DNA of 64,000 nucleotides, taken from the NCBI GenBank assembly GCA_951406725.2, contig OX597843.1, forward strand, positions 15,562,001 to 15,626,000. Reading direction: 5' to 3'. Under the pieces are notes generated by a model that saw only the letters and a program-made list of their open reading frames with translations, made no database searches and was not told where the DNA came from. The DNA comes from Octopus vulgaris (taxonomy: Eukaryota). Shown here one piece after another: positions 11,392-24,722 of the stretch (its first letter is position 1; every line of letters starts with the position of its first letter). Position numbers and translations under genes: made by a program.

Positions 11392-11749
11392 CTGTAATTC
11401 TAATTATACTATTTCGATTTGAAAAGTTTCAGTCAGCAGTTTATGATGATTGGCGGTGGGAGTGGAAGAGTTAAAATGAGAGAGTGGGGAGAGGGAGTGA
11501 TAGAAGAGAGAGAGGCGAAAGAAGAGTAGGAGAGTTGATGCGTACGATTGTGAGTGTGTGTGTGTGTGTCTGTGTGTGTGATGCAATTAGATACACAGCC
11601 CTGCCTATGCTTTTCTTTAATATAAAACTGAAGGGAATATCACATTAACTTTTGCATTAATTGACATAATTTTATTGTAAAGAAGTGAGTGAAAAGTTTA
11701 GCCCGAAAAAAATTCCAATAATAATAATAATATTAATAATAATAATGAT

Positions 11750-11813
<64 letters not shown>

Positions 11814-11843
11814 ATAATGATAATAATAATAAAAATAATAATG

Positions 11844-11888
<45 letters not shown>

Positions 11889-11902
11889 GTAATTATTGTT
11901 AC

Positions 11903-11969
<67 letters not shown>

Positions 11970-14900
11970 TACTAGTGTTGTTACTATTATTATCATTATT
12001 ATTATTATTATTATTTGCCAATAGCGCCGCCATATGGGAGAAGATACAGTAGAAAATGCGCTGTGAGCTGGCAGAATCTTCAGTACGTAGGGCGAAATGC
12101 TTAGCGGTATTTCTCCTGCCGTTACGTTCTGAGTTCAAATTCATCCGAGGTCGACATTTCCTTTCATCCTTTCGGGGTCGATTAAAGAAGTACCAGCTAC
12201 GCACTGTGGTCGATATAATTGACTTAATCCGTTTGTCTGTCCTTGTTTGTCTTTTCTGTGTTTAGCCCCTTGTGGGTAGTAAAGAAACAGGACACAGTAG
12301 ACATGGACAGTGGGGATTTAACGCAGAGACAACGAGTACACAGTTAAAAGATTAACAATGATATCCGACAAAAGAATATAACAATGAAAGTTCGTAATAG
12401 GTGCAGGTAATCCCCTGGAGTTGGCTCAGGTACCCACACCCCAATCCTGAACCACTCGACGCTTCGAGAGCATCTGGGAAGGGCACTCTCCTCCCTTTCA
12501 AATTCACTAGCCCACAGGTACGTTACTAGAGTAGGTCCACTCACACGTACCATTTTCTCTGTTCATCCACCTTTTGGCAAATGTACTGGGAGGCAGCACT
12601 TCACTCTGCACCCTCATCTTCCTTTCCAAAGGAAATTTGAAAAAGGTGACCCGTGATTGGCCGTAGAGAAAAGTCTCTGCCTTTAGTCCGTTTAACCTGG
12701 TCCACAATACAGCCTCTTTCGCTACTGCTATTAGACTGATGGAAAGCGGCTGATCGATCTTCACTACGGACTCGGCTGATAGATAGAACCACCCTACACG
12801 TGATAACAGCTGTTCAACATATCTCCATAAGTCAGTAATGCAAGGACACTGGACGAGTGCGTGCAGAACGCTTTCATCGCTCTGCGCACCTCTCAGGTAG
12901 GTCGGTCAGACAGCAATTCCGTGCTTGTAGAGTTTATCTTGATCCGGCAGTGCCCCCCGATAGCACTGCAAAGCAAGGGACTTCTAGAAGTTATCCATCG
13001 TCCCCGTCTTGAAAGTCCTCCTCAACAGACTGGTTAGTTCAATTTTGTCAACGCCTAGCGTCTCTCCAAGTGCTTCATCGCACTTTCCCTCCACTAACCC
13101 TCCATAGAACTTCAGAGTGGATTTTCCACTGATAGCATTGCCCACCTGGTAGAGGACAGTGAGTGCCTAGCAACATTCCAGATGCCAGTAACCCTTCCTC
13201 GGTCTCTTCTTGACCCACGACTGCAGCTTACTCAAGGAGATGAGATGTGGAAAAGCCTGTTTGACAAACGATGACCACACATGTTCACCATTTACGCAGA
13301 ATGTTTGGAGATGCCGCAGCCCCAGTGCATGTCTTCCACAGCATGCCCAGTGTTCCGGAAATCGGAAAGCGAAAGCACAAAAACGAATATTTGAAAGGGG
13401 AAAAGTAAAAACAGCATTTAAGAGTTCTCCTTGTTAGACCTTGAATTATAAGGCTAATAAAATATCAAAAATCTAATCAAGAATAGACGGAATTTTTCAG
13501 TTCTTCAAAATATATTTATACTTGACAACGACTGAAAATTCCCGACCTAGAGTCCAATAGAGGATTAAGCATCTTAGATCTGAACAGGATATGCACTCTT
13601 TCAGCTAAACAATGTTTATATTTATTCGATCCATTCACATAAGTTATGGATTCTCAATTACTTCCCATCCAGTCACATGTGGTGTTTCGTTTTCTTCCAA
13701 ACTTAGCCAGTTTCGTAGCTTTACTTTTGGCCTATGTCGGAAGGGGATTATGTGATTGGCATAACGACTTTAAAATTCACCTTTAAATAAGCAAAAGAAT
13801 AAAAGAATAAAAGATTGTGTGTGTGTGTGTGTACATGCATACAAAAATACACCCACATACGCACGGATATGTACATAAGCGCGCACACACACACTCATAG
13901 GCGTATGGATTATTGTTTCGGTAAGTTGTGTCCACGAGAAAGACACTTCCAGTGCTCTCATCTGAAAAGCACCAGCATTAACCAGGGGTTAACATTGCGA
14001 CAGACTGGTATCCGGTGTGTTGTATCCTTGTGTGTTGAAATACGTTCGATACCGAGATATACTGGGGGCCTAATGAGCCTGTAGATCAGGCAGAGAATTT
14101 AGCTTAGAAAATGCTTTAATGTAGACATTTAGGCATGCGCAGTCAAGTGTTTGTGTAACGTTTATGGAGTGAAAGTCGATATGAATATGACAAAAAAAGA
14201 AACACCGTATTTTCCGGTGTATAAGCCGCTATTTTTTACCTGGGAAATTTAGTGTGCCGCTTAGAGAAAGGTGCGCCTAATGTGTGTAACTTTGTTTATA
14301 GTTCCAGCAGGAAAATAATTTGTGTATGGAGATCGAATGATTCCACTGATTTTTTTGGAGGAAGGGTCGGTCGATGAAAGACTATTGCTACAGGACATTT
14401 GTGCCTGGAAGAAAACAAAGCACATTTGTTTTGTTTTAACTTAAAGTTTTGATAATGTTTTTTTTTATCCAATAAAGAATTTAATATTGACGGAAGGTGT
14501 TTGTTGCTGATTATAGTAAGATAAAATTTAAAAAAATCAACAATACATCTCAAAGTTGAAGAATAAAACATTTTGAAAATACATACACATCAACAACAAC
14601 AACAAAGCTAGCAGCGGTCACGTGGTTCCATAAGTCTTTATAAAACACCGGTAGGCTTTATGTGTGGATAAAAACCAAAATTTTCCCCAAAATCCCAAGC
14701 TAAACTTCACAATACAATAATACAAACATTAATAAGCCACCTCAATTGTATATTACTAATCTTAAGCCAACATTCTACAACCCTGTCTACGAGACGACAA
14801 ATATTAGTTCCATTACAACCTCTCAATCCGATACTAATATAAATCCTAATTTAGATTCTCCCCACTAACAACAAACCAACCAACATCAACATTACTAATA

Positions 14901-15445
14901 GTAAACCCCAACCACTTGCAACTGTCCTGCTCTGAAATATATGGTATGCAGACACCTGTCTCCTCAAAAGCGTAATCTATAAGTGCCACGTGATTACCCC
15001 ATGCACCCACTAGGCAAGGGTGTATATTAATGGCACTGAGGATTTTCAATGTCGTTGTCGTGCTCATATGTATTCTTTCACTAATCCCGAATCTAAACTA
15101 TTTCAATCTTTAGCAACACACATATACAACCTCAATTCAAAACAATGTCCAACACGCTCTATCGTGGTCCATAGTATGTGAAGCTCCCCTCTACAACACA
15201 AATATAGGTAAATGTATGTTATGTATAAAAGGGTCATTAACTATTCTTCGCCTCCACAACTCCTCACTGTTAAATTCTCTGACGTTATTTTTTATCGTAA
15301 GCATAAATACTGCCCGACATTCATGCACTTCCCTAATTCCAAATAAATAAAGCTGTAATGTAAAACAAGTGTCAACCTGACAATCGACAAGTGAACACAT
15401 TCCAAATAGCAAATATGTGTGTGTGTGTCTATGTATACATATATG

Positions 15446-15499
<54 letters not shown>

Positions 15500-15500
15500 C

Positions 15501-15542
<42 letters not shown>

Positions 15543-16600
15543 ATATGCATATCAATACATATGAAATATCCAAAATTGCATTTACAAATACATAATATAT
15601 ACATACAAGCTCTTACATACATACATGCAAACACACACACATATACGCACAATATATATACATATAAACTCCTACATTAATACACAGTATTAAAAACATT
15701 AAGTAGTCAGCATATATATATAGATACCTACAGAAATATAAATATATATAACACGCATCCCAAATTTATTCCAAGTATTATGATCAATCGATTTTTCATC
15801 CTCCTCTCAGCCTCCTAAATCTCTCCAACACACATCACAAATTTCTTCAAATTTTTGCTTTTCAACCGTCTCTACTCTCACTTGAACCTTCTCGGCTTCA
15901 AACAATAATTAACAAAAGTCATATACTAAGAAAAATACCGACCCGATTTTTTGTACTACTAACATTCTTAACCACTCCCTCGTACCTGAAATGTGTTCTT
16001 AAAAAATACCCCACGTAATTTGAGATGGAATTGCTGTTTCATTATTGTACCAGCTAGAAGGGGATACTCCTTCAACATTCAGATGAATTACTTATTTATT
16101 CCCATCGTTTAAAATTAAACATACGTTATCTTCTAGCTTTGAGATTTTGATTATGTGATTGCTTACTTTTAGAATAACTTTGCATGGTGGTTGTGAAAAG
16201 GCTGATCTGTTCAGTTTCAACAGAAAACAGGAAGAATATTTGAGCCCGACGTGGCCAGTGCCAATGCTAATGGGTTAACTGAAAATTACTGAAGTAAAAA
16301 TAAAAGCATAAAAGAACACTTTAGGTAATTTGGGGACCCAAATTAATGAGGTCTTAAGGGTGGAGAACCTTTTTATCCCATCCTTAATGCCGTTGAGGAG
16401 ACTGGACAATGGCCAATAGAAGGCCGATATAATATAATGAAAATCGTAACTTACCAATAAAGTGCTGTTAGTCTCTGTTCGTAAGAGGTAGTGAATGTTT
16501 ATATATATATCTATATATATATATATGTGCGCATATATATATATTGCGTCATTTGTTTATTTACCATACATTTTTTCATTGAAGTAGCACACAATTATGC

Positions 16601-16644
<44 letters not shown>

Positions 16645-16806
16645 AAATATAGATTGGCGTCTTTATTTCTCATTATATGAATCCGATATGAAAAGTTTGC
16701 GTCAGCAGTCAAAGATGGGCGTTGATAGTGGAAGAGTGTAAATGAGAGAGGGGAAAGAAAGTGATAGAAAGAGAGAGAGAGGGAGGGAGAAAGAAGAAAA
16801 AGAGGG

Positions 16807-16841
<35 letters not shown>

Positions 16842-17207
16842 TGTGATGCTATTAGCTACATAACCATGTACTAAGGATTTGGTGAGATTGATACATTTTA
16901 ATTCCCTTCACTTACTCAGTATACCCTACTTCTTCCCCGACATTAGCATTCCAGCAGAAATGGAGAAATGAAAATTATGTCACTGTCTGGTGTTGCATGT
17001 GTGTATGTATGTGTGTGTGTATATATGCGTAACTACATGAGACTGTTTACATCCGCGTAAATGAAATTAACTTGAAATAATTTAAGTACTATTTTACAAA
17101 TTGTGATATCTGTGTGTGTGTGTGTGTGTGTATATATGTATATATATATATATATATATAAACACGCACACACAGTTATCAGAATTATATAAACGTATAT
17201 ATTCATG

Positions 17208-17246
<39 letters not shown>

Positions 17247-17422
17247 TAGGTGAATGAATTATTCTAGCATGGAAAATTCGTTTAACCGATACCTGGGTAG
17301 CAAATTCACGTCGGAAAACACAGTTGAAGTGACCTGTCAAGGGTAGAAACTCCGGGTTCTTGTGTGCAAATTTGTGTTATTTATATGAATAAATGAAAGA
17401 ATGGAGTCGAACGAGGTTTTTA

Positions 17423-17505
17423 CTCTCGACACATGTTTCGAAGACGGCATAATTTTAATTCCGAAGGAATAAATGGTGCATTATGCCATCTTCTCATCAG
17501 GAAAG
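17423..17505 (-). ncRNA. Type I hammerhead ribozyme, copy 2
   Basis: Same sequence as 8107-8189 (offset 9316). Confidence 0.8.
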
Positions 17506-19959
17506 ATTAAGAGCCTCTTTCAGCCACAAGACGAACAAAATTTTTGATGATTGCCTACATGGTGACCACAGTGACAATGAGTGTTTTTTTTAAATAATCC
17601 GTTATAAGCAATGACTTAAAAAATGGGTAGAAGGAGGGAGTAGTAAAAATAGGTAGGGGACAATATGTATGCTGTATGTATGATGATGTGCGGGTGTGTG
17701 CTTGTGTTAATGATTGCGAGTGATTGTGTATGTGTATGAGTGTGTATATAACTGCATTTGTGTCTGTGTGTGTATGTGTTATTGTGTGTGTGAGGTAGAC
17801 AAACGTGAAATACACTTAGTAGTAAGGTGTGTAATTTGTGTATGTGTGTTTGATCGTGCGTGTTATAGAGAGGGATATATATATATATATATATATATAC
17901 ATACGTCAAAGAAATCTAGTAGCTATGGAACATAAAATCGTTTAAAAGCGACATTAACCGGAAATGATTAAAATATTGTTATACGATCAGACGATAGATT
18001 TTTCATGTTTTAGAATCATCTCACTTTTGCTCGATAACTATTGATCATCGATCTCTTCCCAAATACAATGTCAAAAGCCAACATTAAAATGAAGTACATT
18101 TCTAAATTCATTGTTAGACCCTCCAGTGTTCACATTGTCATCCACCATTCTCTTCCTGAAGAATCTCTGAAGTTTAAGCTGGATGTGCTAGAAATAGCAG
18201 CCAAATATTTCCTCTGAGCAGACGATAGATTCATTTAACTTTAGTGTCACTTCAGAAAATCAAGTTATCAATAACGATACTAATTTAAATGGTATATATA
18301 ATGATTGACATGGAAGCAAACGATACAAATTCATTTAACAATAGTTCGTTTCAGAAAATTACGTTTGTGAAATAAAGTATATGATAGAGAAATTATAACA
18401 ATTCTGAAGAGGAATTAAAGGTTTTAGCAGCTTTAAAGTTATGGGAAAAGAATTTTCGTTATCAAAGTAGCAATATTTTATACGAAAGAAGGATGACAGG
18501 CGAGGATTTTGTGGTGTGAAGGGTCTTCAATTGTATATGTCCTGGTCTGTGTGTGCGTCTGTGTGTGTGTGTGTGTGTGTTTGTGCCTGTGTGTGTGTTA
18601 TGCACTGAGATATATAACGATTATAATAATGGACACAATTATATTCCAAACTTCTATAGGCGCGGGAGTGGCTGTGTGGTAAGTAGCTTGCTTACCAACC
18701 ACATTGTTCCGGGTTCAATCCCACTGCGTGGCACTCTGGGCGAGCGTCTTCTACTATAGCCTCGGCCGATTAAAGACTTGTGAGTGGATTTAGTAGACGG
18801 AAACTGAAAGAAGCCCGTTGTATATATGCATATATATATTTCTATGCGTGTGTTTGTGTGTCAGTGTTTGTCCCGCCCCCCCAACATCGCTTGACAACCG
18901 ATGCTGGAGTGTTTATGTCCCTGTAAGTTAGCGGTTCGGCAAAAGAGACCGATAGAAGAAGTACTAGGCTTACATGAATAAGTCCTTGGGTCGATTTACT
19001 CGACAAAAGGCGGTGCTCCAGCACGGCCACATTCAAATCACTGAAACAAGTAAAAGAGTAAAAAAGAGAGAGAGAGAGAGCTCATCTGTACCCAAACATT
19101 CAATAGTTTGATGTCCTGTTTTCATAGGAGTGAGGGGAAGAGGGAGAGGAAAACATGCAGGGGCCACTAAACTGTTTAACGTATTTGTATCTGAGAAAGT
19201 CTCCAGTATTCTAGATGCCATCTGCAAAAAGTGAAAGATAAAAAAGGAAATTGGAAAAAAAAATAATTGTCTTCCAGTATCTGTGTGTGTGTCTGTGTGC
19301 GTGTGTGTGTGTGTCTGTGTGTGTTTGTGTGTGATGCAATGAGATACATAACCATGCCTATGAGTTTCTTTAATATAAAACTGAAGTGAATATTAATGAT
19401 AATATTAAATGATAATATTAATATTTTACATTCCACCGGTATCAGTATCTGTGTCTAAAGTTATAATTACTGCATACTGGTGGTACAGTTTTCAACCAGC
19501 AGGATGTAACCTGATGCTAATGCTTATGATATACATGCAGCAGAAAGGCGTGTCGTTCACAGGTTTAAAAAACTAAATTGCATTGTATATAAAATATGCT
19601 AAAAAGTAAGTTACTTCATGTGTAACATTTAATTCTTATTTTAATGTCTTTTACACAGGATAAAACCCGAAATAGTGAACTCGGAATTTTGGAACTAAGT
19701 GAAAGACAATGATTGTTTACCATAAAGATTTTCCCGTTTTGCCGGACCATTCGATGTGGTTTACCAGAGCCTGGATTGTAGTACAATGCTTGTAAGTTGC
19801 GTCCCATGATTTGATTTTCCTCTCCCTTTCTATTATGTATATGTGTGTGTGAAAGTGTGTGTCTGCGTGTGTGTTTGTGTGTGTGAAAATAAGTAAATGT
19901 AAATGAATGTATATATGTGTGTATATATATATATATATGTATATCGATATATGGAGAGA

Positions 19960-20525
<566 letters not shown>

Positions 20526-22019
20526 GTTTCTTTATTAGCCACACAGGGCTGCACACAGACAGACCAAATTACAAGGTAGAGCTTTTCTTTTGGGGGTAAA
20601 AAAAGGGGGTTGGGTTTCGATCAAAAGGGATCGTAAAAGGAAAGAAAGAGGACAAAAAAAGGGAGGATTTTTTAAAAAAGGGGGAGAAGGAAAAAATAAA
20701 AGGAAAGAGGAGAGGAAAAAAGTTGATCAATAGGGATCGTAATCACAGAAATGTCAATATGAAGTGTAAAGATAAGCCTACGGAAAAGACCTCGGTAACC
20801 TCGGTCAATGAAGTCACATATTATATCTCTTTCTTTTATTTTTTTTTGCAAATAAGCAACTCTCTGTATTAATTTTTACGGTTCATAGAATCATAGTCAA
20901 GGTGGCTTCGTCATTCATACGTGCCATCCTTGCTACATTCACCCATCTTTTTTAAAACATTCGCTAGACAAAATTTGCCTCTCTACTCTCACTTTCCTCT
21001 TCATGTGATACTTGAAGAAGTTGATGAGAGATTGACCAGAGAGGAAAGTGTTTGTCTCCAATCCTTTCGGGCGCGTCCACCAGATACATTCTTTCGCCAT
21101 AGCCACAAGTATGATAAAAATAGCTCTTCCTTCCCGTTTGAAGGAAGGAGGCGTGACGATATTAACGATAGACTCGGCTGATAAACCGACACGTCCCACA
21201 CGTGACAGCAGTCGTTCGACATAAGCCCACAGGTCGGAAATTGCTGGACACTGCACGATTGCGTGCAGAGCGGTTTCGTCGCTCTGCCCGCATCTCGGGC
21301 AGGTCGGCCCCGTGTTTCTCGAGCCATGCCTATAGAGCTTATCCCGAACGGGTAGCGCTTCTCGGTAGCACCGCCAGGCCAGGGATCTCTGGAAGTTGTC
21401 TATAGGTCCCGGGCCGAAAGTCGTTTGAAACAGGCGGGTCAGGTATTCCTCGACGACGCCCAGGTTTGCCAAGAGATCGTCGTCGTACCTCCCCTCCACT
21501 AATCCCCTATAGAATTCTTTGGTTGTGTTGAAGTCACTCAAGGTCGACCTGGGACGGCAGAGTTGCTTGAGAGCAACGCGACACTCGCGGTGCCATTCGC
21601 CCTTCCTCGGCCTCTTTTTGATCCACGACTGTTTTTCGGTCATGGAGACGAGTTGCGGGAATGCATGCCTCACAAACGGCGACCACACCTGTTCACCGTC
21701 GTGAACATAGAGCCGGAGATGTCGCAGTCTCAGCGCGTGTCTGCGCATCATCAACCACGGCATGCCCAGCCCTTCTTTTAACGGGTGTTGGCAGCAAATG
21801 GATCGCCTGACCATCGGGACGCATCCTTTCCACAAGAAGCGGAAGAGGATGCGTTCTAGTTTGGTGATGGTAGGGTCGGGACAAGGTACGACGGTCAGGC
21901 GGTAGTAGATGGTGGACGCGATGTAGGCTTTCGCCACCTCCACCCGACCTTTTAGGGACACTTTCCTCTCGGCCTATTGCTGGGCGAGAGTGACCACCCT
22001 ACTCGTTATCTCGTTCCAG
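20526..22019 (-). mobile_element. 5'-truncated Tx1/L1-clade LINE (family 1): ORF2 C-terminus with zf-RVT plus 3' UTR
   Basis: 340-aa ORF 20939-21961: SLKGRVEV..FRFLWKG..GLGMP..LAWRCYREALPVRDKL..CPRCGQSDETALHAIVQC (CCHC zinc finger). Pyrimidine-rich UTR ends ctaataaagaaac then (TATC)n. Confidence 0.93.
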
Positions 22020-22048
22020 ATAGATAGATAGATATGTAGATATATAGG

Positions 22049-22084
<36 letters not shown>

Positions 22085-22085
22085 C

Positions 22086-22142
<57 letters not shown>

Positions 22143-22763
22143 TATAGATAGATAGAGATATAGATAGAAGATCGATTGATTGATCGATAGATAGATCATT
22201 TTCTATTGTTGCATCCTTTAAAATTTCAGGAACACAAACCATAGAGCTTCAATTCCCGTTCGCTGTCTTCGATGAGATCCGACAATTCTAATTTATGGCG
22301 TAGAATTTAAACCATAGCTGTAAACAATTCCTTACGTTTGTCATCCATTGGGCTGCGCCTATGCTGGGGCACTGCCTTAAAGTGTTTTAGTCGCACAAAT
22401 CGACCCCAGTATTTGTTGTTAAGCCTGCTGCGTATTCTCGCGATCCCTTCCGCTGATTTGCCTACAGTTACGCAACTTTATACTTTTGATTTTTTTTTTA
22501 TTACTTACCAGAAAAAGAAAAACATGAAGGCAATTATCGTCAGCGGCAGGCAATTCTGAATCAGACGTAAATGCTTTGAAAATGACGTGGTAAAAATGTG
22601 AAACGTTTCAAGTGGTTGTAAGGAATTTAACAAGATACCGATCGGCCAAATTACTGGGACGTAAAAACCGGAACCTGTTCCCAAGCGGTCATAGTGGATA
22701 AACTGAAACACATACACATATACATACACACGCTCACATATACATATATATATATATATATGT

Positions 22764-22799
<36 letters not shown>

Positions 22800-23599
22800 A
22801 GTGTGTGTGTGTGTGTGTGTATATATAACAAAGTAAGTTTGGGGCTACTAATAAATATATATAATTGAAATATAGGATAAAATTTTTACGAGGATTTATC
22901 AAATAGTTATTGTGAAAAACCTCAGAAGGGATAACTTATTAATTATTCCCTATGAATATATTTATATATATTAAGGGCATTACTTATACATAAATGCCTC
23001 ACGCTAGGAGGGTCTCTTGAAGTAAAACTACTATAATGCCCACATTGTACAAAACGCGAGGGAATGCAACTCTCAAAGCGAGCCTCCAGAAACAGACGTA
23101 GCTGAACATCATATGATTCCGTAATTAGTGCACAAAATCCACTTTTCACTCATCAGCGCAGCCTTTGTCAGGACATAAAAATTAACAAATATCAACGTAC
23201 CAGACGAACACTTGTATCCTTGCGTTTGATACAATGTGGTTATTATATTCAGGCAGTCATAGTTGACGGAAGCGATGTACGCATTCGCCACCTTGACTCG
23301 ACCCTTCACGAACAGCTTCCTCTCTGCCAATTTCTGGGTGAGATCGACTATCCTGTTCGTCACCTCCCACCCGTTGTTGTCCCACCTCGGGGTCTACAGC
23401 AGACCAGACCCCAAACAGTTTAACCTGTCTTTCACTTTAGCGCCCTACAAACTGTCGGTTGGTATGGGTCTACCTCTCCATCTGCCGAGTTGCAGGCCCA
23501 CCGACTTCTCTTGGATAAGCTTTGCTCCTATCAACGCTTCGTGGACAGTATTATGATGACGTGGTCCGTGTTAGCGGATACGAACATTCCACATCCTAA

Positions 23600-23655
<56 letters not shown>

Positions 23656-24026
23656 CTGTATTTCTAATTATATAATTTCGATTTGAAAATTTCAGTCAGC
23701 AGTTTATGATGACTGGCGGTGGAAGTGGAAGAGTTAAAATGAGAGAGGGGTAGAGGGAGTGATAGAAGAGAGAGAGGGGAAAGAAGAGGAGGAGATTTGA
23801 TGTGTACGATTGTTCGTGTGTGTGTGTGTGTTTGTGTCTCTATGTGTGATGTAATATATACATAACCTTGCCTAAGCTTTTCTTTAATATGAAACTGGAG
23901 GGAATATCACATTAACGATTGCATTAAATGATATAATTTTACTGTGAAGAAGTGAGTGAAATGTTTAGCCGGAAGAACTTTCCAATAACAATAATAATTA
24001 TAATAATAATAATAAAAATACTAATA

Positions 24027-24101
<75 letters not shown>

Positions 24102-24640
24102 GAGCAGTGCATGCCATCAAAGTGACACTAGGGTAAAATATACGAAGCCCAGTATACCCATCATGACTACCCGTCTGATAAGGGTACACCATACACATGC
24201 ATCACAACCATAAGTGCGAAACATGATGATCTCATATCAAGATAAAAAGCACATGACCTTCTATGTGTGGCCCAGTTAGAATTTTCTTCTGGTCGAGTAA
24301 CCCATCCTGCTCAAAAGGTCCCTGAGTAAGAGTTGTTTACGGATTTTGAACGAAACACCCATGTTTCCAGAGGTGAATTATTCAAACCCCAAAGAATCCC
24401 TCTTAACACATTGCTATGATACTCCCCCACTACTTCTGCTTGCGATCAGAGATGCACATATCTTCAGCCACTAAGGGACATGCTCAACTGGCTAACGTCG
24501 AGCAACTGACAAGCAAATCTGTGGTATTGAGCAGAATATTTGCTGGAGCCCATCCCCTATACCAAGACAATGGGCTACATCTTCGTTCAACATCCTTCAA
24601 CAACCCTTACTATTATTATAATAATTATTATTATTATTAA

Positions 24641-24722
<82 letters not shown>

